Source of the DNA: Sedimentisphaerales bacterium
GTDB lineage: Bacteria; Planctomycetota; Phycisphaerae; Sedimentisphaerales; Anaerobacaceae
NCBI GenBank assembly: GCA_035476995.1
Contig: DATIKY010000344.1
Span: forward strand, 4,550-68,549
DNA: 64,000 nt
Direction of reading: 5' to 3'
Made by a program: the position numbers and the translations under genes. Positions 1 through 8,300 of the stretch are shown in pieces (the first letter of the stretch is position 1; each line of letters begins with the position of its first letter). The notes beneath the pieces were generated by a model. It made no database searches and was not told where the DNA came from. It saw only the letters and a list, made by a program, of their open reading frames with translations.

Positions 1-1
1 C

Positions 2-232
2 TTCGAAATCAACTATGAGAAGGTGATTTCCCGCGGCTTGGCCGCCAACGACGTCCTGCTCGAAGAAGGCGACATCGTCTATGTCCCGCCGACGATCCTG
101 GCCTCGATCGGGATGCTTCTCGAAGAGTTTATCAGCCCTGTGGCCCGCGCCTTCTACGGCGCGTACCTCGTTCAGAACCCGCCGTCAACCTCCGAAGGCG
201 GCTACAGGCCTCTCGGTGGAAGCGGATATTGA
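2..232 (+). CDS. polysaccharide export protein, C-terminal fragment (Wza/EpsE-like; 5' end outside window)
   Basis: The frame is open from the window edge to the stop at 230-232. The tail FEINYEKVISRGLAANDVLLEEGDIVYVPPT resembles the terminal SLBB-type repeat (..L.dGDvi.VP) of outer-membrane polysaccharide exporters. The gene sits at the edge of an EPS locus. Confidence 0.5.
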   Translation, partial: FEINYEKVISRGLAANDVLLEEGDIVYVPPTILASIGMLLEEFISPVARAFYGAYLVQNPPSTSEGGYRPLGGSGY

Positions 233-272
233 CGGCGTGCCTACGGGGTCTCAGCCACTCAGAGAAAGTCAC

Positions 273-1085
273 ATGACAACACGGAAAACCCTCCGACTCA
301 CCCACGTGGTGAGCACGATCTGGTTCATGACCTGCATCGGCTATATCTTCGTGTTGGCCCTGCATCAGGCAGGGTTCCGCTGGTGGATCATCTTCTCGCT
401 GTCCGGGCATTCCGCGCTCGTGGTGTTTCTCCTGATCAGTATTTATCTGTTCGCCCTGTTTCGCGGCGTGGGGGAGGCCCAGCAGATTGAGTTCGAGCAT
501 CCGCTGACGACAACGAGCTATTACATGGGCTTCTACGTGGCAGCTCCCCTCCTGGGAGGACTGGCGGGCATGCTGGGCATGGCGGGAGCCTCCTACCTGG
601 CGGACTTTCTGCTCGGCGTGGCGATGGGGACGCTGGGCACGACGTTCGTCGTCTGGGTGGTCGTGGACCCGATCGCCGGGCTGGTGGAGTCTTTTCTGCC
701 CGTCAGCCGCAAGCACCGCCTCGAACGGCTTGCCGATGCGGAGGCTCAGCGACGAACCCGCCAGGAGAAACGGGAACAGTTGCTGGCGGAGGCCTTCGCT
801 CGCGAGGAACAGGAACGACAGCGCTGGCTGCAACGTCTGCGTCCCAGCGCAGAGAGACTGGCCGTCCTGTTGAAGACGGACTCTCCGGAAGTCCCCGGCG
901 CCGAGCGGGAGGCCGTGAGCATCGGCGCCAGTGCCTGGCAACTGGGCGGTTTGAGCTGCATGAGACAGCTTCGAGACATGACGGTGACCCTCCAGAAGGA
1001 TTCCGGAAATCAGGCGATCACCGCTGAACGACTGAGCAATTGGTGGGATGGGATTGGGGACTGGAGACGGCCCGTATTCCACTGA
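273..1085 (+). CDS. hypothetical multi-pass membrane protein with C-terminal coiled-coil region
   Basis: The start was moved to ATG 273, because the ORF-track start at 81 overlaps the exporter tail. There are about 5 hydrophobic helices (e.g. VVSTIWFMTCIGYIFVLAL, ALVVFLLISIYLFALF, FVVWVVVDPIAGLV). A charged heptad-like stretch follows (RLADAEAQRRTRQEKREQLLAEAFAREEQERQRW). I recognised no family. Confidence 0.55.
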   Translation: MTTRKTLRLTHVVSTIWFMTCIGYIFVLALHQAGFRWWIIFSLSGHSALVVFLLISIYLFALFRGVGEAQQIEFEHPLTTTSYYMGFYVAAPLLGGLAGMLGMAGASYLADFLLGVAMGTLGTTFVVWVVVDPIAGLVESFLPVSRKHRLERLADAEAQRRTRQEKREQLLAEAFAREEQERQRWLQRLRPSAERLAVLLKTDSPEVPGAEREAVSIGASAWQLGGLSCMRQLRDMTVTLQKDSGNQAITAERLSNWWDGIGDWRRPVFH

Positions 1086-1223
1086 TCGCCCCCTCCTGCG
1101 GTATGACAACCGACAACGCTCCGGCTTACCCTCGATCCTCTCGCGACAACCGTCCTTGCCGTCCCGTCGGATTGCCCCCTGTCGTCGACCGGTCATGCCC
1201 CCTGCGATTTGGGACGTGGAGGT

Positions 1224-1258
1224 AGGAAGCGGATCACGTCCCTGCGATCCTGCTTCCT
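1224..1258. terminator. hairpin between convergent genes (possible bidirectional terminator)
   Basis: AGGAAGCGGATC (1224-1235), a 10-nt loop, then GATCC-T-GCTTCCT (1246-1258): a 12-bp stem with one bulge. It lies between the + gene ending at 1085 and the - gene ending at 1321. There is no clear U-tract on either strand. Confidence 0.3.
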
Positions 1259-1320
1259 AGCATCCAGTCAATTGGCATTCTTATCGTGCGGGCAAGACCG
1301 TGACAACTGCAACGTCCCGC

Positions 1321-1911
1321 TTACATCGTCCGACGTCTCTTGAGCCAACCGACCACGCCCAGACCGAGGCTGCCCAGAAGCACGGCTCCCGGAGCGGGAA
1401 TCGGAGAGGCGGAAATGTGGAAAAGATCCCGATCTTGTCCCGAGGGATTGATCACACGGAACCCAAGCCATCGCACATCGTCAAGACCGGGCAGGGCGGA
1501 AATGTCCCAGACGATGCCGGCACCGGTGCCCGGAGCCAGATCCACCGCAGGACTCATGTACGTGGTGGGCGAGCCGCCATCAACGCTCCGCAGAAGCAGA
1601 CGGACCGTCCAGTCCTCGTTGTTGTCATCATTGAACAGCCTCAGACCGTAATGGGAGTAGGCGCTCAGGTCCCACGTTTTGCTCCCGATCCCGATGAAGT
1701 CATCCTCCTCGAGCAGCCCCCAGTAACCGACGTGGCCAGTCATCACGATGCTGCCAGGGAAGGACGTACCGCTACCCTGGAGTTCGCCACCGCCGGCGCC
1801 TTGCTTCGTGAAACCCAGAAGCTCGTCCACGGAGGGCGTAAACGTGTCAAAGGCCAGCAACGAGGGTGTGGCCAAACCGCAAATAACCAATACTGCCAAA
1901 AACCGTTTCAT
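1321..1911 (-). CDS. PEP-CTERM sorting-domain protein (small secreted exosortase cargo)
   Basis: The start was set at ATG 1909-1911, with AAGGAG about 7 nt upstream. Signal peptide MKRFLAVLVICGLATPSLLA. The C-terminus SPIPAPGAVLLGSLGLGVVGWLKRRRTM shows a P-x-P motif, a Gly-rich TM helix and an Arg cluster. Confidence 0.85.
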   Translation of the reverse strand: MKRFLAVLVICGLATPSLLAFDTFTPSVDELLGFTKQGAGGGELQGSGTSFPGSIVMTGHVGYWGLLEEDDFIGIGSKTWDLSAYSHYGLRLFNDDNNEDWTVRLLLRSVDGGSPTTYMSPAVDLAPGTGAGIVWDISALPGLDDVRWLGFRVINPSGQDRDLFHISASPIPAPGAVLLGSLGLGVVGWLKRRRTM

Positions 1912-1977
1912 CTGTTTCTCCTTTTGTCGTGCCAGTAGACGGAAAACCGAGGACAACTCCATTTCATCCTGTTTTTT

Positions 1978-2721
1978 CTAGGTTCTTCCGGGGGGCGGGC
2001 GAGCCCACTCGATACATCCGACGGCAACAGACCCGCGGAACGCGCCCCTGCCGACAAGACACACGCGGGCCAAGCGGTTCCCCTCGTGTGTCCAACCGAC
2101 CCGAGACAACAGGCCTTTCTTGCCTTGATCCCAGCGCGCCCGGTCCAGGGACAGAGGCGGATTCTTCCGCCCCGGCGCCAAAACCCCCGGCGAGCACCGT
2201 GCCGTCACAGACCACCCCACCCACCGCTCAGGAATCCGACATGATGGCTGGTGCCACAGCACATGATCGAATCCGCTCTCGGTTGGAGACTCGGGGCCGG
2301 TCGATTCCGGCAGGGAAATGTTCACTCGAGACCCACGGGCCGCCCCCAGGCGGCCATTGCTCAAGACGAAGAGACACAGGCCAATCCAGATCCTGCGATT
2401 CTTGACCAGAGAGACACAGACAAACCCCAGAACCCCCAGGCAGACCGTGCCAGGTCCGTCGGGAAGTGACATGGCTGGGATCGATTCGCAAAGCACGCTT
2501 CGACAGGCCCGATCCGTGGGCCCCTCGAAACGGAGAAAATCCGGCAGGCGAGGATCGCCGGCAGAAACCGGTCCGAGGAATGAAATCGGGGAACATTCCC
2601 CCTCGCTTCGGCCGGGCACACCGAATGCCTCCTCAGTCCCATGCGCGACGGCTCCACTCCACAGAGCCATGACACAGGACAAGAAGACCGTCCTGAACCG
2701 AACTTCCCTGCCCAGCCACAT
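1978..2721 (-). pseudogene. candidate decayed or stop-lost small PEP-CTERM-like gene (may be a chance ORF)
   Basis: ATG 2719-2721 is preceded by AAGGAG with an 8-nt spacer. The N-terminus is signal-peptide-like (RFRTVFLSCVMALWSGAVAHG). Residues ~85-112, SLPDGPGTVCLGVLGFVCVSLVKNRR, mimic the tails of the neighbouring cargo genes. The frame then stays open for about 135 more R/G/W-rich residues with no protein-like character. Confidence 0.25.
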
Positions 2722-3408
2722 CTCCCTGTCTCCTTACGGTTCACCCACTCCGATCCGTCAGCTTAACGACCGGCCAGCCCCACCACAAAACCTGGAGATG
2801 GCCTCACTCCTGTGGCGCCACTAAGCTGCTGTCAGCTTAACAAGAGACAACGCCCTGTCAAGTCCAAAAAATGAGAATCGTCCGATTTCCTGTTGAGGCG
2901 CTCCGCCGCCTGATGTCCCTTGTAGAGCGCACCGGGCCATCACACACGCCGCGACGCAAAAAGGCTTTCACAGGATTCTTATGGGACCAGCCCAAAGATC
3001 GCGTACGACCTTCTGATAATACCTTACGGGGAAAGCGTCGAAGGGTTCATCCGCACACACAGACATTCTTCCGCCAGCCCGCAAATCAAGGGCAATGCGA
3101 GACAGACAAGAGGACAGGACTCTCTCACTGGCGACTTGCCGCCTCCCTCGAATCCTGCCATGCCCCCCAAAAGAGAGGCCCCAGGGGGACCGAAATCCAC
3201 CTGGGGCCGTAATGCTCACAGACCGACCCGCCTCTTCCCCCGGCGGCCGATAAGGGCCAGACCGACACGCCGGTGCCAGAAGCCAGATCGGGCGGGACAT
3301 GCGTCCCGCGCCGCCGCCCTGACGATGACTTACGCCATCATTGCACGCCCGCGACAAATCCTGTTCCGCAGCGTGCGGGGCGACGGATCGTACTCGTGCG
3401 ATGCGCGA

Positions 3409-4008
3409 TTACACGGCGCCGCGTCGGCGGAGCCAGCCGACCAGACCGGTGCCCAGACTGCCCAGGATGATGGCAGCGGGAGCCGGAATAACAGGGGACT
3501 CCGGAGGCGCCGGAGGCTCTGGGACTTCATACGTGATGGCGAAGACCGCCGACCCGATCGTCGAGCGACTGTCCGCAAAATCCGGGTGACCCGTGAAGAA
3601 ATCGATCTTCATAGTCACACCACCGTCCAACTGCGGCAGGAAACCGAGAGACAGAAGATCGAACGAGGTCTGCTGAACAGGCTCGTACTGAAGCTGGCCC
3701 ACAAGCACATTGTCCAGATAGACCTTGTGGATCTCCCCAGCGAAGACATTCCAAGGTCCATCGACGCCCGTGTGGTTCACGATCAAGTTGGCACTCGTGA
3801 TACTCGTGAAGCCCGCGGGAACATCCCAACTGTACGTCCAGTTGACGGTGGTCGGAACCACGTTCTGATTCTGCGGGCCGTAGGTGCCCGCAGGCGCACC
3901 ACTTGGCGTGGTGGTTATCAGCGGACTCACCGGCGTCGCATGCGCCAAGCCGGTGATCCCAACCACGCAAAGGGCTATTAGTAATCCTCTCATCATAACC
4001 TTCTCCAT
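3409..4008 (-). CDS. PEP-CTERM sorting-domain protein (small secreted exosortase cargo)
   Basis: GGAGGTGA lies about 7 nt upstream of ATG 4006-4008. Signal peptide MEKVMMRGLLIALCVVGITGLAHA. C-terminus SPVIPAPAAIILGSLGTGLVGWLRRRGAV. Confidence 0.85.
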   Translation of the reverse strand: MEKVMMRGLLIALCVVGITGLAHATPVSPLITTTPSGAPAGTYGPQNQNVVPTTVNWTYSWDVPAGFTSITSANLIVNHTGVDGPWNVFAGEIHKVYLDNVLVGQLQYEPVQQTSFDLLSLGFLPQLDGGVTMKIDFFTGHPDFADSRSTIGSAVFAITYEVPEPPAPPESPVIPAPAAIILGSLGTGLVGWLRRRGAV

Positions 4009-4778
4009 GACACTCTCACCTCCAAATTATCCACATGACTAATTCACGGCCTGCACTCGCCGCAGGCCGCCAGGGACCCTACTCGGTCCCTATGCACCAC
4101 ATCGCCGACGCGAGACAGCACACACTGCCGGGCCGGCGTCGAGTCCGGGAACGCCACCAATCGGCAACGACGACACTGACAATCCGTCACCGCAGCCTGA
4201 TCCAGCTTTCCTCGAACTCTCCTCGATAAACACTACTGATGCATGCCCGACTCCTCTCGGAGCCCACGCGGCTGTGAGACACAGGGCGATGACTGCTTCG
4301 CCAAGAAGGACCTTGCGCGCATCGACCCTCCCCTGCTCGGCAGTCATTCGATCCTCGGTGGTCTTCGTGGGGGACAACGAGGGGCCTGCACGAACAGACT
4401 CCTCGACGCACGAGGCCAGCAAGAACCCGACTCCAGAGCCGGACAGCACAGTACATCTGGGGGAAGCTCAACGGTGAACTGAAGCGGGGCACGGACAGGC
4501 TTCGGCCGAGGGTGTCGGACAGAGACCTCCGCGTCGTCTGCAACGCAGCCAGTCTCCGCATGAAGTATCGCAGGACACCGCACACGACGGTCGGGAGGCC
4601 CGCAGTCATGTACCCTGCTCTTCCACCACCGCTCCTCCTCCAGATTCGAGCGTCAAACAACACAGTCGCCATTCGACACGGCGTCTGCCCCCGTCCGGAA
4701 ACGAACCCGCATATGCGAAGAACCAACCGAAAAACCGCACACGCGGATCCCCATCCCGTGGGGTCCGTCAACTCACTC

Positions 4779-4807
4779 ATTGTAACCTTAGGGGGCCACA
4801 CGGTCAA
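4779..4807 (-). promoter_or_regulatory. sigma70-type promoter candidate, TTGACC-N17-TACAAT on the minus strand
   Basis: The reverse complement of 4771-4810 reads GAGTTGACCGTGTGGCCCCCTAAGGTTACAATGAGTGAGT. The -35 box is plus-strand GGTCAA 4802-4807 and the -10 box is ATTGTA 4779-4784, with an exact 17-nt spacer. It fires toward the PEP-CTERM gene at 3409-4008, about 760 nt away. Confidence 0.45.
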
Positions 4808-4961
4808 CTCATTTTCACTTTTTCGCCCAACATTAACACAACCCTTACTACCCAAACACCCCAAAGACACGCTAAGTCCCCTTCCTGACAGTACACACGA
4901 ATCTGTCTAACCCTAAAATAATACTACTAAAGATATAGTCTTTAAGGAGTATTATGCGGAC

Positions 4962-5009
4962 AAAAAAAGCCTCTGCTCGTGAACAGGCGTTAACCTTTCA
5001 AGCAGAGGC
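4962..5009 (-). terminator. Rho-independent terminator after the LuxR-type gene
   Basis: The minus strand reads GCCTCTGCT-(loop with inner TGAA/TTCA pairing)-AGCAGAGGC followed by TTTTTTT. On the plus strand this is the A-run 4962-4968 with arms at 4969-4977 and 5001-5009. It lies 32 nt after the stop at 5041. Confidence 0.6.
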
Positions 5010-5040
5010 AGGATCTTGGGGACAGTCCGCAACGTGCGGC

Positions 5041-5370
5041 TTACGCTTGGTTCAGATCCCCTGCGACCTCGCGTGCGTCGCTGACAAACCGCAGCAACAT
5101 GTTCATCTTGTTCCGGACTTTCACCTTCCGATAGATGTTCCGAATATGGGTCTTCACCGTCCCCGGCTGGATGCAGAGCCGCCCTGCGATGCTACAGTGC
5201 CGCAATCCCTGGCACACCAAATCGGCAATCTGCACCTCGCGAGGGGTCAGGTCGTACCGTCGGGAAAGGTACGACCACTGCCTGCGATCCAAGAGCACTT
5301 GGCCCGATCCCGGACCGCCCGGATCGGCACCGGGCGTTCGGTCACCGTACAGTTCGTCTGGCGGCATCAT
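5041..5370 (-). CDS. LuxR/GerE-family HTH transcriptional regulator (EpsA-like, stand-alone DNA-binding domain)
   Basis: The C-terminal segment LTPREVQIADLVCQGLRHCSIAGRLCIQPGTVKTHIRNIYRKVKV is a typical GerE/LuxR HTH. The start was set at ATGATG 5365-5370, directly after the TAG of the upstream TPR gene (reverse strand reads TAG-G-ATGATG). The ORF-track start at 5421 would overlap that gene. Confidence 0.8.
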   Translation of the reverse strand: MMPPDELYGDRTPGADPGGPGSGQVLLDRRQWSYLSRRYDLTPREVQIADLVCQGLRHCSIAGRLCIQPGTVKTHIRNIYRKVKVRNKMNMLLRFVSDAREVAGDLNQA

Positions 5371-5372
5371 CG

Positions 5373-8300
5373 CTAGCGGCCTTTCTGCAATTGGTCCAGA
5401 AGGAGCCTGGCCTCCGTCCAATCCTCGCCAGGCCGGACGTCCACCAGATCCTGTTGATCGAAGCCCATCTTGAATTGATCCATCTCTTCCTGGAGCGACA
5501 GCGCGTCCCGGAGCACTTTGATGGCATGCGTCCTGCGTAGGGCCTGGTCATGGTCCCGGGCCAACTGGATGCTCCTGCGGTTGAGGTTCAGGGCTATTCG
5601 GAGGTGCTCCACCGCCTGCGTCCTGCGGTTCGTCGCGGCATATACTCGCGCAAGATGGAACTGCGGCGCCGCCGACTGCGCCGAACCGGCGGGAAACAGC
5701 GAGAGACACTTCACAAGATCGGCCTCGGCCCTGGCCATGTCGCCGCTCTTGTAGTACGCGACGCCCCGCGTGTCGAGCAAATCCATGTAGTCCGGCATCA
5801 GCGACAGCCCCCGATTGGCCAGAGTCAGCGCCTCATTGGTCGCCTCGGCTGAGGGGGAAGGCTTGTCGCAGAGCATCCACGCCAGATTGTTGATCGCGAT
5901 GACGTTGTTGGGATCCAGCTCCAGGATTCGACGGTTGAGCCGGGCGGCTTCTTCATTTCGTCCCGCGTCCTGCATCAGCATGCTCAGGAGCACGAGGGTG
6001 GGCACCGCCTGGGGATTGGGGTCCAGGATCATGCGGAGTTGATCCTCCGCCATCTGGAGGCCCTCGCGATCTCCGCTCTGGGCCAGAATTCGGGCCATGT
6101 TGGTCGCGGTCTCGGCGTCCCTCGGACTGGTCGTGCGCCAACTGTTCAAGAGCTGGTTGACTTGGGTCCACCGCCTTTCCTTGCGGAGCAGTTGCCCCAG
6201 CAGCATCACCGGCGTCGGATCGTTCGGATCGGCGGCGATCAGCTTGTCGAAAAGCTCCTGGGCCTTCTCCCGCTGCTGATCGGTGTACAACGCGGCCGCC
6301 AGGGCGATCTCGCACCGCCGGCGCGCCAGGCCCTCGAAGTCCGCCAGCTTGCCGCTGAGCAACTCCACCGCCTTTTCCGACCGATTGGCCTGGGCGTAAG
6401 CGTCGGCCCACTCGATGAGAATGCCAACATCGTCGGGATACTGCTTGGCCAGCGACGGCAGGGTCGTCAGGGCCGCCACGGACGGAGAGAGCCTCTTCTC
6501 CGCGATGGCTTTGAGCAGAAGCAATTGCTTATGTTGTTCGTTGTGAGCCAGGGCCCGGGTAGCGAAGTCCAGCGCTCGGCCCGGCTCCCCCTGGTTGAGT
6601 TCGAGCTGCGTCATCAGTTCCCAGCCGTCCGCGTACTTGGGGTAGTCCGTCGTGACCTGTCGCAGAAGCTGGCGGGCCTCCTCGATGGATGGCCCGGTGC
6701 CCCGCAGAATCAGGATGCGGGCCTTGTACACGCGGAGTTGCGGGTCCTTCTTCTCCTGAGGGCCGCTCTGGTCGGCCAGGGCCTTGTCGAGCATGGCCTC
6801 CGCTTCTCGCAAGAGCGACTGTTTTCCGGAAGCGATGAATAGAGCCGCTGAGAGTTTCTGGATACGCGGCTCCTGGGGCGACAGGGCGAGCGCCCGTCGG
6901 ACGTCCGAGATCGCCTCGGGGACCCGCCCGGACAAGCTGTAGACCCGCGCCCGAGCCTCCCAGTTCTCCGCATTGTGCGGCTCCAGGGCGATCGCCTGCC
7001 CGAGGTCCTCCAACGCCTTGCCCCCCTGTCCCAGAGTAATCAGCATGTCGGCGCGAAGCAGATACGCCTTGGCGTTACGCAGTTGATCCACCGCTTCATT
7101 GCAGATCTGCATCGCCTTTCCCGTATTCCCCTGCTGAATGTGAAGTTGAAGCTGCGCACGAATCACGGGGATCACATTCGGATCCGGCGTCCGCGCCCTC
7201 AGATCGGAAAGGAGGGACTCCGCCTTGGCGAACTCCTTGCGGAGGACCAGAACCCTCGCGTACGACAGCGTAAGATTCGAGTTGTTCGGGTCGCGAAGGA
7301 CCATTTGCTCGAGCGTGTCCGACGCGGAGTCGATGTCGCCCCGGCGGTAATCGCGCTCCACCAGAAACTGCTGGAGGTCCGGGTTGTTCAACTGCTGCGG
7401 TCCCACTTTCTCCAGAATGGTCGCGGCCTCGTCGAACTCGTTGGCCTTGTGCAACGCCGTAACCAGCCGCACCAGCACCTGAGAATCGTTCGGCGATTTC
7501 TCGAACGCCTCGCGGTACATCGTCAGGGCCAACTGCTGTTCCCTCGCCATCTCGTAGGTGGCCGCCAGGAGCAGGCGACTGCCCTGGTCCTCGGGATTGG
7601 TCAGCAAATTCTCCTGCAGCAGCTTGACGGTCTGAGCATAGTGGCTGAACTTTTTCTCGGGGTCCCGTTTGACCTCGTCGGAGTGGAGGCGGATCCAGAG
7701 CCGGGCCTGTTCATACCGCCACCGAGAACCCCTCTCCCCCTCCAAGACCTTGATCTCCTCGATCACCTTCTGCGATCGAGATGCGTCCTGGACCAACTGA
7801 TCGCAGCCCAGCAGCATGCGCCGGGACTGAATGTCGTTGGGGAACTGCACCGTCAGGTCGGTGAGCCATTGGCACAGCTTCTCTTGTTCCTGCCATCGGT
7901 AATACAGCTCGGCGAGCAACAGACCGCAATCGCGGCGAAGCTGCGGCTCCTCAAACCTGGCGATGGCGGCTTTGAGTACCGATTCGCATTCGGTCCGCTG
8001 ATTCTGCCGATCCAGCAACACCGCCAATCCCCGCACCGGATCGAACGCCTGGGGATGCGCGGCAATCGCGTTCAGATACAACGTCCTGGCTTTTTCGTTC
8101 TGGCCCTCGGCGGCGCTGAGTTCCGCACGAACGAGCGTCAAGCGGAGCTCGGACGGATTCTTGCTTTCCAGCTCGCTGAGCGCCGAAGAGGCGTCCGCGA
8201 ACTTCCCCTGCGTCATGGCGATCTGGACCTGGAGCAGCTTGACGCCGGGGGCGCCGTTGGCCTCCTTGTCCAGGACCGCCAATTCGGTTTCAATCTCTCG

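Noticed and set aside
81-272. N-terminal extension of the membrane-protein ORF (ORF-track start at 81).
   Set aside because: It overlaps the 3' end of the exporter gene in another frame and translates to Arg/Pro-rich non-protein-like sequence. ATG 273 precedes the first TM helix.
4090-4449. A 119-aa minus-strand ORF with a lipobox-like start (MLSGSGVGFLLASC) in the long spacer upstream of PEP-CTERM gene B.
   Set aside because: It has a GTG start without an SD and no positive n-region. The rest of the sequence is not convincing and it overlaps other equally weak ORFs. It is kept only as a caveat to the long-leader finding.
1912-4960. A search for sigma-54 (-24/-12, TGGCAC-N5-TTGC) promoters upstream of the PEP-CTERM cargo genes, as expected for PrsR-type regulation.
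   Set aside because: Only isolated GTGCCA/TGGCAC words were found (for example near 2240 and 2456, and TGGCAC near 32232 with a 13-nt spacer to TTGCA). None has the correct spacing or -12 element. No sigma-54 activator gene is in the window either.
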